From NCBI GenBank assembly GCA_011525065.1, contig WTIY01000260.1, positions 1 to 24,594 of the forward strand: a stretch of 24,594 nt of DNA, given 5' to 3'. Both the position numbers and the translations under genes were made by a program. Shown one piece after another: positions 10,144 to 17,766 of the stretch. Below the pieces are notes generated by a model, which worked only from the letters and a program-made list of their open reading frames with translations, was not told where the DNA came from and made no database searches. The stretch is from Flavobacteriales bacterium (GTDB lineage Bacteria; Bacteroidota; Bacteroidia; Flavobacteriales; Flavobacteriaceae). Within the stretch, counting starts at the first letter, position 1, and every line of letters begins with the position of its first letter.

Positions 10144-10680
10144 ATGGCTTCAAAAGTAATTCACGCGCTCTACAATGACGACGATATTCTAATGAACGCC
10201 GTCAAAACGGTTCGTGCAGAGCACTATCATATCGAGGAAGTTTACACGCCATTTCCGGTTCACGGGCTCGATAAGGCCATGGGACTTGAAGGAACGAGAA
10301 TTGCCATTACATCCTTTATGTATGGCGTGGTGGGATTGACCGTAGCCATACTGATGATGAATTTTATCATGATTGAGGATTGGCCCCAAGATATTGGTGG
10401 AAAGCCGAGCTTCAGTTATTTGGAAAACATGCCAGCATTTGTCCCCATCATGTTTGAAATGACCGTATTTTTTGCAGCGCATTTGATGGTGATTACCTTT
10501 TACATGCGGAGCAAACTTTGGCCCTTCAAAAAGGCTGAGAATCCTGACCCAAGAACTACAGACGATCACTTTTTAATGGCGATTGACGCAGGTCATGGCG
10601 ATGTAAAGGCCATGATGAAGGTATTGGAAGCAACCGGTGCTGTAGAATTAAATATAGTTGAACAAGAGCAAGCCCATTAA
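10144..10680 (+). CDS. actD: Alternative complex III subunit ActD (DUF3341)
   Basis: 178 aa. EVYTPFPVHGLDKAMG motif, two TM helices and IGGKP motif; position between actC and actE. Confidence 0.93.
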   Translation: MASKVIHALYNDDDILMNAVKTVRAEHYHIEEVYTPFPVHGLDKAMGLEGTRIAITSFMYGVVGLTVAILMMNFIMIEDWPQDIGGKPSFSYLENMPAFVPIMFEMTVFFAAHLMVITFYMRSKLWPFKKAENPDPRTTDDHFLMAIDAGHGDVKAMMKVLEATGAVELNIVEQEQAH

Positions 10681-10681
10681 T

Positions 10682-11275
10682 ATGAAGAATACCATACAAT
10701 TCACGATAATGATAGTGGCGGCGATGACCATGAGCTCGTGCTTTGACTCGTCTAAACCAAATTATCAATACATGCCGAATATGTATGAGCCTGTTGGTTA
10801 CGAAACCTATGGGGCATACGAGGTATTTCCTTCCGGTCAAGAGGCCATGTTGCCTGTTTCCGGAACTGTACCAAGAGGATGGGAGCCTTATGATTATCCA
10901 GACACCACCGAGGGTCTCAATGATGCTAAGGCTAATCTAAAAAATCCTTTAGCAGTCACTGAGCAGAGCCTGTCAAAAGGAAAAGAGCTGTATGACATTT
11001 ACTGTGCAGTTTGTCACGGTGAAAAGGGCGATGGACAAGGAATTTTAATGAAGCGTAAAAAAATACTCGGTATTCCGAGTTATGCCGACCCGGGTCGTTT
11101 GATTACCGAAGGTGGGGTCTATCACGTTCAGATGTACGGTCTGAATTCGATGGGATCCTATGCCTCTCAAACCAATCAGGAGGAACGATGGGCCATCACG
11201 CAACACGTTATGAATTTGAAGGCAGCGCTTGAGGGCACACCATTGCTCGAGCCGGAATCTGAAATAAAACAATAG
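10682..11275 (+). CDS. actE: Alternative complex III monoheme cytochrome c lipoprotein ActE
   Basis: ATG at 10682 lies 1 nt after the actD stop and is preferred over 10658. Lipobox MSS|C, YMPNMY motif, single CAVCH and a distal Met (NSMGSY). Confidence 0.93.
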   Translation: MKNTIQFTIMIVAAMTMSSCFDSSKPNYQYMPNMYEPVGYETYGAYEVFPSGQEAMLPVSGTVPRGWEPYDYPDTTEGLNDAKANLKNPLAVTEQSLSKGKELYDIYCAVCHGEKGDGQGILMKRKKILGIPSYADPGRLITEGGVYHVQMYGLNSMGSYASQTNQEERWAITQHVMNLKAALEGTPLLEPESEIKQ

Positions 11276-11297
11276 GATAAAGAGAATCGTAAGAGAT

Positions 11298-12722
11298 ATG
11301 TACACGCTACCCAATAAATTAAAAGTTTTTGCATTGGTTTTTATGGTTTTAGGAGCCGTAGGAATCGTTGCAGGTTTTTTATCTGCGCCAAAAACCACAG
11401 AGGATGTTGCGGCCATGATGGCTGATGCACATCACGGAGATGGTCATGGCGATGCAGAAGCGCATCACGGAGATGGTCACGGCGAGGTAGAGGCCACACA
11501 CCATTCTGGTGAGTCGCACCATGGCACTGAGTCCCATGCTGCCTCAGAGGATCACCACGGTGAAGAGATGACCCACGAGCACGCTCAAGCGGACCCACAT
11601 CAAGAGCACCTAGAGCACGTGATGCATCAGTTGCAAAATCGGCCTTGGTCTGCGCTTTATATCGCATCCTTCTTCTTTTTTATGATTGCTTTAGGGGCCT
11701 TGGCCTTTTATGCCATTCAATATGCAGCTCAAGCGGGTTGGTCCCCAATTTTGTTTCGGGTTATGGAAGGGATTACCGGCTATTTACCGGTGGCCTCGGT
11801 ATTGGTCTTTGTTTTGCTTCTGGCATCAGCCTTCCACTTCAACCACATTTTTCATTGGATGGATCCCGAATTGGTGAATCCTGAGAGTGCCCATTACGAT
11901 AAAATCATCGCTGGAAAGAGCGGTTATTTAAATGTTCCGTTTTTCTTGATCCGTGCGCTGTTCTTTCTACTGGGTTGGAATGCTTATCGCTGGTTGTCTA
12001 GAAAATATTCGTTGGCTGACGATACGGCCGAAGACCAGAGCTTTTTTAAGAAAAACTTCAAATTATCCGCTGGATTTTTGGTGTTCTTTATCGTGACTGA
12101 GTCCATCATGTCGTGGGACTGGATCATGAGTTTTGATCCGCACTGGTTCAGTACCTTATTCGGTTGGTATGTATTTGCAGGAATGATGGTGTGTGCCATT
12201 ACCGTAATTGCCCTGGTCACCATCTACCTGAAATCACAAGGTTATATGGAAGAGGTTAACGACAGCCACATACACGATTTGGCCAAGTTCATGTTTGGCT
12301 TTAGTATTTTTTGGACCTACCTATGGTTCTCGCAATTCATGTTGATTTGGTATGCCGATATCCCAGAGGAAGTGACTTATTTTGTCACGCGGATCGAACA
12401 GTATAAATTGCCATTTTTCGGCATGATCGCCATGAACTTTGTCTTTCCCTTGCTGTTACTCATGAACAGTGATTACAAGCGAGTGAATTGGTTTGTAGTC
12501 ATGGCTGGAATTGTGATTTTAGCGGGGCATTATTTGGATGTATTTAACATGGTAATGCCGGCTACAGTTGGAGAAAGTTGGACCATCGGTGTTCCTGAAT
12601 TAGGTGCGCTGATGTTCTTCTTTGGACTCTTTATTTATGTGGTGTTCACGACTTTAACTAAGGCGCCACTGGTTCCAAAGAACAACCCATTTATTAAGGA
12701 GAGTAAGCATTTTCATTATTAA
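11298..12722 (+). CDS. actF: Alternative complex III membrane subunit ActF
   Basis: 474 aa polytopic membrane protein. Motifs AQAGWS, DWIMSFDPHWFSTLFGWY, HDLAKFMFGFSIFWTYLWFSQFMLIWYADIPEE; His-rich loop after TM1. Confidence 0.94.
   Translation: MYTLPNKLKVFALVFMVLGAVGIVAGFLSAPKTTEDVAAMMADAHHGDGHGDAEAHHGDGHGEVEATHHSGESHHGTESHAASEDHHGEEMTHEHAQADPHQEHLEHVMHQLQNRPWSALYIASFFFFMIALGALAFYAIQYAAQAGWSPILFRVMEGITGYLPVASVLVFVLLLASAFHFNHIFHWMDPELVNPESAHYDKIIAGKSGYLNVPFFLIRALFFLLGWNAYRWLSRKYSLADDTAEDQSFFKKNFKLSAGFLVFFIVTESIMSWDWIMSFDPHWFSTLFGWYVFAGMMVCAITVIALVTIYLKSQGYMEEVNDSHIHDLAKFMFGFSIFWTYLWFSQFMLIWYADIPEEVTYFVTRIEQYKLPFFGMIAMNFVFPLLLLMNSDYKRVNWFVVMAGIVILAGHYLDVFNMVMPATVGESWTIGVPELGALMFFFGLFIYVVFTTLTKAPLVPKNNPFIKESKHFHY
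11427..11492 (+). repeat. In-frame 33-nt tandem duplication encoding AHHGDGHGDAE / AHHGDGHGEVE
   Basis: gcacatcacggagatggtcatggcgatgcagaa is followed by gcgcatcacggagatggtcacggcgaggtagag, with a more degenerate His-rich continuation. Confidence 0.85.
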
Positions 12723-12746
12723 TTAAACGCATAAAGTAGACCTACG

Positions 12747-13808
12747 ATGACCGCATTTTTGATAGTACTTGTAATTGTTCTTTTTGGTGTCGCTCTATGG
12801 CAATTGGCCAAAATTTTTGAGCTGTCTAAGCCAAAATCGGATGCTGAGGATGAAATTGCCAACGATCAGGACAATCGAATCAATGGTAAGTTGATGCTTA
12901 TGTTTGTTGGATTCATTTATCTATTGGCGTTTATTTCGCATTATAAATGGAGTAAAGTTTTCTTGCCGCAGGCCGCTTCGGAGCACGGTGTGGATATCGA
13001 TCAATTGTGGTTGATCTCAATGGTTTTGATTTTCGTGGTTGGAATCATCACACAATGGCTTTTGCATTATTTCGCTTTTAAATACCACGGACGAAAAGGT
13101 CAAAAAGCAGTCTTTTTTGCCGATAACGACAAACTCGAATTCATTTGGACCATCATCCCAGTAATTGTTCTGGCGGGCCTTATCATCTACGGTTTGTTTA
13201 CCTGGTCAGACATCATGAATTTAGAACCGGATGAAGATCCGATGGTCGTTGAGCTATACGCCTATCAGTTTGATTGGCGTGCTCGATACAGTGGAGGAGA
13301 TAATGTATTGGGTGAGGCAAACGTTCGTCTGATTGAAGGCGCTAATGTTTTGGGGGTAGATTTGACCGACCCAAACAGTCAAGACGATGTTGTGGTTTCT
13401 GAACTGCATTTGCCTGTGGGTCAAAAAGTACTGTTCAAAATGCGCTCTCAAGATGTCTTGCACTCGGCTTACATGCCTCACTTTAGAGCACAAATGAACT
13501 GTGTGCCAGGAATGGTTACTCAATTTGCCTTTACACCGACCATGACTACGGAGGAAATGCGATTGAATGACGATATGGTGGCCAAAGTTCAGGACATTAA
13601 TCGCATCAGAAGAGAAAAGAGTAAAGAATTAATGGCTAAAGGAGAAGAAGCCTTAGAGCCCTATGAATTCGATTACTTACTATTGTGTAATAAAATATGT
13701 GGAAACAATCACTATAACATGCAGATGAAGATTGTGGTTGAGTCCCAAGAAGATTACGAGGCTTGGCTTGCAGAGCAAGGTTCTGTCGCCCAAACTCTAG
13801 TTCAATAA
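12747..13808 (+). CDS. ctaC: Cytochrome c oxidase subunit II (CuA), no fused cytochrome c
   Basis: LEFIWTIIP, YQFDW, DVLHSAY and CuA motif CNKICGNNHYNM; no CxxCH. Confidence 0.96.
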   Translation: MTAFLIVLVIVLFGVALWQLAKIFELSKPKSDAEDEIANDQDNRINGKLMLMFVGFIYLLAFISHYKWSKVFLPQAASEHGVDIDQLWLISMVLIFVVGIITQWLLHYFAFKYHGRKGQKAVFFADNDKLEFIWTIIPVIVLAGLIIYGLFTWSDIMNLEPDEDPMVVELYAYQFDWRARYSGGDNVLGEANVRLIEGANVLGVDLTDPNSQDDVVVSELHLPVGQKVLFKMRSQDVLHSAYMPHFRAQMNCVPGMVTQFAFTPTMTTEEMRLNDDMVAKVQDINRIRREKSKELMAKGEEALEPYEFDYLLLCNKICGNNHYNMQMKIVVESQEDYEAWLAEQGSVAQTLVQ

Positions 13809-13827
13809 CTAAATAAGTAGCATAGAT

Positions 13828-15654
13828 ATGTCAGTACACGCACACGAGTTATCAGCAGAGCATCAGGAGGATCACGGACATCATCACAAGGAGACTTTTG
13901 TCACCAAGTACATTTTTAGTCAAGATCATAAAATGATCTCTAAGCAATACCTGATTACGGGATTGTTTATGGGAATCATCGGGATTGGGATGTCTCTTAT
14001 TTTTAGAATGCAGTTGGCTTGGCCAGACAAGCAATTTCCAATTTATGAGGTCTTGCTCGGTAAATGGGGCTTAGATGGCGTCATGGATCCTAGCGTTTAT
14101 TTGGCGCTGGTGACCATTCACGGAACCATAATGGTCTTTTTTGTCCTTACCGCTGGACTGAGTGGAACGTTTAGTAATCTACTCATTCCATTACAGATTG
14201 GTGCTCGAGATATGGCTTCGGGCTTTCTCAATATGATCTCTTACTGGCTGTTCTTTTTATCGAGCTTGATCATGGTTCTATCCTTGTTTGTCGAGGCTGG
14301 ACCAGCTTCAGCGGGTTGGACGATATATCCACCTCTTAGTGCCTTGCCGCAGGCGATTCCAGGATCAGGTGCAGGGATGACGCTATGGCTTGTGTCAATG
14401 GCTATTTTCATTGCCTCTTCCTTATTGGGGTCACTAAACTACATTGTAACTGTCATAAACTTGCGTACAAAAGGCATGTCCATGACGCGTTTGCCGTTGA
14501 CGATTTGGGCGTTCTTTGTGACGGCTATAATCGGTGTTGTTTCTTTCCCAGTTTTATTGTCTGCAGCCCTTATGCTGATCATGGATCGCAGCTTTGGGAC
14601 CTCGTTCTTTTTGAGTGATATTTATATTGCCGGTGAAGTATTGCATCATCAAGGGGGATCTCCAGTGCTTTACGAACACTTATTTTGGTTCTTAGGTCAC
14701 CCGGAGGTTTACATTGTTCTTCTGCCGGCTTTAGGAATCACCTCTGAAGTGATTGCGACTAACGCGAGAAAACCAATTTTTGGTTACCGAGCAATGGTGG
14801 CGTCAATTTTGGCCATTGCCTTTTTGTCGACCATTGTATGGGGACACCACATGTTCATCTCAGGAATGAATCCGTTTTTAGGATCGGTATTTACCTTCAC
14901 GACCCTTTTGATTGCGATTCCTTCTGCAGTAAAAGCCTTTAACTACATCACCACCCTTTGGAAAGGGAATTTACAATTGAATCCTGCCATGTTGTTTTCC
15001 ATAGGTTTGGTCTCTACCTTCATCACGGGTGGACTTACCGGAATCATCCTTGGGGATAGTGCGTTAGACATTAACGTTCACGACACTTATTTCGTTGTGG
15101 CTCACTTCCACTTGGTTATGGGGATTTCGGCGCTCTATGGATTGTTTGCGGGGGTGTATCATTGGTTTCCAAAAATGTTTGAGGGACGCATGATGAATAA
15201 AAACTTAGGGTACGTTCATTTCTGGGTGACTGCCATCGGTGCTTACGGGGTGTTCTTCCCGATGCACTTTATTGGTATGGCTGGTTTGCCAAGACGTTAT
15301 TACACCAATACTGCTTTTCCTTACTTCGATGATTTGGCCGATGTGAATGTAATCATTACCATTTTTGCCTTCATCGCTGCTGCGGCTCAATTGGTGTTCT
15401 TATATAATTTTATTTCATCGATGTTCTTTGGCAAGATTGGACCAAAAAATCCATGGAAATCTACCACCTTAGAATGGACCGCAGAGGTCAAGCACATTCA
15501 CGGAAACTGGGATGGGCCGATACCGTCCGTTCACCGTTGGGCTTATGATTACAGCAAGCGCAATGAGGACGACAGTGACTATGTTGTTCCTGGACAAGAC
15601 TTTGTCCCTCAAGTCCTGCCATTACAGGATAAGGAAGAAGAAATGAATCATTAA
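13828..15654 (+). CDS. ctaD: Cytochrome c oxidase subunit I, A1-type heme-copper oxidase
   Basis: TIHGTIM, GARDMA (D-channel Asp), WFLGHPEVY (A1 signature), WGHHMF, IPSAVK (K-channel Lys), HDTYFVVAHFH and GLPRRY. Confidence 0.98.
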   Translation: MSVHAHELSAEHQEDHGHHHKETFVTKYIFSQDHKMISKQYLITGLFMGIIGIGMSLIFRMQLAWPDKQFPIYEVLLGKWGLDGVMDPSVYLALVTIHGTIMVFFVLTAGLSGTFSNLLIPLQIGARDMASGFLNMISYWLFFLSSLIMVLSLFVEAGPASAGWTIYPPLSALPQAIPGSGAGMTLWLVSMAIFIASSLLGSLNYIVTVINLRTKGMSMTRLPLTIWAFFVTAIIGVVSFPVLLSAALMLIMDRSFGTSFFLSDIYIAGEVLHHQGGSPVLYEHLFWFLGHPEVYIVLLPALGITSEVIATNARKPIFGYRAMVASILAIAFLSTIVWGHHMFISGMNPFLGSVFTFTTLLIAIPSAVKAFNYITTLWKGNLQLNPAMLFSIGLVSTFITGGLTGIILGDSALDINVHDTYFVVAHFHLVMGISALYGLFAGVYHWFPKMFEGRMMNKNLGYVHFWVTAIGAYGVFFPMHFIGMAGLPRRYYTNTAFPYFDDLADVNVIITIFAFIAAAAQLVFLYNFISSMFFGKIGPKNPWKSTTLEWTAEVKHIHGNWDGPIPSVHRWAYDYSKRNEDDSDYVVPGQDFVPQVLPLQDKEEEMNH

Positions 15655-15671
15655 TCACGATTTAAAACATC

Positions 15672-15699
15672 AACCCCCACCAATTGTGGGGGTTTTTTT
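15672..15699 (+). terminator. Rho-independent terminator of the act-cox operon
   Basis: Perfect 9-bp stem AACCCCCAC / GTGGGGGTT with loop CAATT, running into a T7 tract, 18 nt after the ctaD stop. Confidence 0.9.
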
Positions 15700-15724
15700 A
15701 TGGTGGACGCTGGCCAACACTTTG

Positions 15725-15732
15725 TATATTTG
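15725..15732 (+). promoter_or_regulatory. Bacteroidota -7 promoter box (TATATTTG) for ruvB-queG
   Basis: Exact TAnnTTTG between the terminator and the ruvB ATG, only 5 nt before the ATG. Confidence 0.6.
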
Positions 15733-15737
15733 TTTAT

Positions 15738-16766
15738 ATGAACGAGCATTTAGATCCTACCGACCAAAATCTATCCCCTCAAGAATTAGACCTTGAGAAA
15801 AAGCTCAGACCACTGAGCTTTGATGACTTTACCGGTCAAGATCAAGCCCTAGAAAATTTGAAGGTCTTTGTGGCCGCGGCGAATCAGCGAGAAGAGGCCT
15901 TGGATCATACGCTCTTTCACGGACCTCCAGGTCTAGGAAAAACTACACTTGCCCACATTCTGGCGAGCGAACTTGAAGTCGGCATTAAAGTAACCTCAGG
16001 GCCTGTTTTAGACAAGCCGGGGGATTTGGCTGGCTTGCTCACTAATCTCGAAGAACGCGATGTGCTTTTTATCGATGAGATCCATCGTCTCAGTCCGATT
16101 GTAGAAGAATATTTATACAGCGCAATGGAGGACTATAAGATCGATATAATGATCGAATCCGGTCCAAATGCAAGAACGGTTCAAATCACACTCAATCCTT
16201 TTACTCTTGTCGGTGCAACCACACGTTCTGGCTTACTCACCGCGCCAATGCGGGCAAGGTTTGGTATTTCTTCAAGATTGGAATATTACCGAACGGAGCT
16301 TTTGACCACCATCGTTCAGCGCAGCGCAGGAATCTTAGAGGTCGGGATTTCTATGGAGGCCGCCATTGAGATTGCGGGTCGTAGTCGTGGGACTCCGCGA
16401 ATCGCCAATGCACTGTTGCGCCGAGTGAGAGACTTTGCACAAATCAAGGGAGATGGACATATCGATATTGAGATTGCCAAATTTGCCTTAAAACAACTCA
16501 ATGTTGACGCCTTTGGTTTGGATGACATGGACAATAAAATCTTGACCACCATCATCGAAAAATTTAAGGGTGGCCCAGTTGGGATTACGACCCTTGCCAC
16601 TGCCGTCTCTGAAAGTGCTGAGACCATAGAGGAGGTCTATGAGCCATTTTTAATTCAACAAGGATTCATCGTTAGGACCCCTCGAGGGAGGCAGGTGACC
16701 GATTTTGCCTATCGTCATTTAGGCATGAGTCGACCCTCTGAACAAGGCGGGTTGTTTGGCGCATAA
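15738..16766 (+). CDS. ruvB: Holliday junction branch migration DNA helicase RuvB
   Basis: LRP..F..F.GQ, Walker A GPPGLGKT, Walker [16 protein letters not shown] and RTPRGR. The ORF-track start 15684 lies inside the terminator, so ATG 15738 (MNEHLDPT) is preferred. Confidence 0.98.
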   Translation: MNEHLDPTDQNLSPQELDLEKKLRPLSFDDFTGQDQALENLKVFVAAANQREEALDHTLFHGPPGLGKTTLAHILASELEVGIKVTSGPVLDKPGDLAGLLTNLEERDVLFIDEIHRLSPIVEEYLYSAMEDYKIDIMIESGPNARTVQITLNPFTLVGATTRSGLLTAPMRARFGISSRLEYYRTELLTTIVQRSAGILEVGISMEAAIEIAGRSRGTPRIANALLRRVRDFAQIKGDGHIDIEIAKFALKQLNVDAFGLDDMDNKILTTIIEKFKGGPVGITTLATAVSESAETIEEVYEPFLIQQGFIVRTPRGRQVTDFAYRHLGMSRPSEQGGLFGA

Positions 16767-16782
16767 CGAGCCTTTTCTGGTC

Positions 16783-17706
16783 ATGAGTTCCACAAGTCTG
16801 AACACCTCATTAATCAAACAAGAAGCCAAGCGATTGGGATTTTTGTCTTGCGGGGTCAGTCGGGCCGATTTTCTTGAGGCCGAAGCTACACGCTTAGAAC
16901 AGTGGCTCAAAAGCGGATTTCACGGGTCTATGGGGTATATGGAACGGCACTTTGACAAGCGATTGGATCCGCGTAAATTGGTTCCCGGCGCAAAGTCAGT
17001 CGTGTCATTATTGTACAATTATTTTCCTGAAGAAACTCAACCCCAAGGCAGTTATAAGATTTCGAAATACGCCTATGGAGAGGATTATCACTATGTGGTC
17101 AAAGATAAGCTCAAGGCATTAATGAACTACATCACTGAGGAAATTGGAGCAGTAGAAGGACGCGTATTTGTAGATTCGGCCCCCGTTTTGGAAAAGGCAT
17201 GGGCGGCAAAAAGTGGTCTGGGGTGGCTCGGAAAAAATACCAATCTCATCAGCAAACAGGTGGGGTCATTTTTCTTTTTAGCCGAACTCATCATTGATTT
17301 GCCTTTAGAGGCTGATGGTCCAGTGACCGATCATTGTGGCCAATGCACTGCCTGTATCGATGCGTGTCCCACCCAAGCCATCGTCGCCCCCTATGTTGTG
17401 GATGGTTCAAAATGTATTTCCCATTTAACCATAGAGTTAAAAGATGCCATTCCGACCGACTTTTCGGGTCAAATGGACGATTGGATGTTCGGTTGCGATG
17501 TGTGTCAAGATGTTTGTCCATGGAATCGTTTTTCAAAACCGCATCAAGAGGAGCGATTCAAACCCAAACCAGAGCTTTTTCAAAAGGATAAGGCCCAATG
17601 GCGTGAAATGACCCAAGAGGTTTTTGATGTACTCTTTGACAAAAGCCCGGTGCAGAGAACACGTTACACGGGTTTAATGCGGAACATAAAATTCCTTGAA
17701 GAATAG
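16783..17706 (+). CDS. queG: tRNA epoxyqueuosine(34) reductase QueG
   Basis: [21 protein letters not shown] and Fe-S motifs [12 protein letters not shown] and [15 protein letters not shown] 16783 is preferred over the overlapping TTG 16756. Confidence 0.95.
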   Translation: MSSTSLNTSLIKQEAKRLGFLSCGVSRADFLEAEATRLEQWLKSGFHGSMGYMERHFDKRLDPRKLVPGAKSVVSLLYNYFPEETQPQGSYKISKYAYGEDYHYVVKDKLKALMNYITEEIGAVEGRVFVDSAPVLEKAWAAKSGLGWLGKNTNLISKQVGSFFFLAELIIDLPLEADGPVTDHCGQCTACIDACPTQAIVAPYVVDGSKCISHLTIELKDAIPTDFSGQMDDWMFGCDVCQDVCPWNRFSKPHQEERFKPKPELFQKDKAQWREMTQEVFDVLFDKSPVQRTRYTGLMRNIKFLEE

Positions 17707-17739
17707 ATCCTGAAAATTTTTTCATGTTCGGAGGTCTGC

Positions 17740-17747
17740 TAACTTTG
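17740..17747 (+). promoter_or_regulatory. Bacteroidota -7 promoter box (TAACTTTG) for maeB
   Basis: Exact TAnnTTTG 19 nt upstream of the maeB ATG. Confidence 0.7.
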
Positions 17748-17766
17748 TATGAACAGTCTTTAATTT

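Noticed and set aside
8680-13830. Shared AGATATG start context at actC, actF and ctaD, with no Shine-Dalgarno motifs
   Set aside because: Absence of SD and A/T-rich start contexts are established for Bacteroidota, and three short matches are not significant.
15684-15737. N-terminal extension of RuvB (MWGFFYGG...) given by the ORF track
   Set aside because: It starts within the terminator hairpin and spans the promoter box; ATG 15738 fits RuvB.
17413-17436. QueG CISHLTIE instead of the common CISYLTIE
   Set aside because: It is a single substitution at a position that varies in the family; the Fe-S cysteines and DYH/VD motifs are intact.
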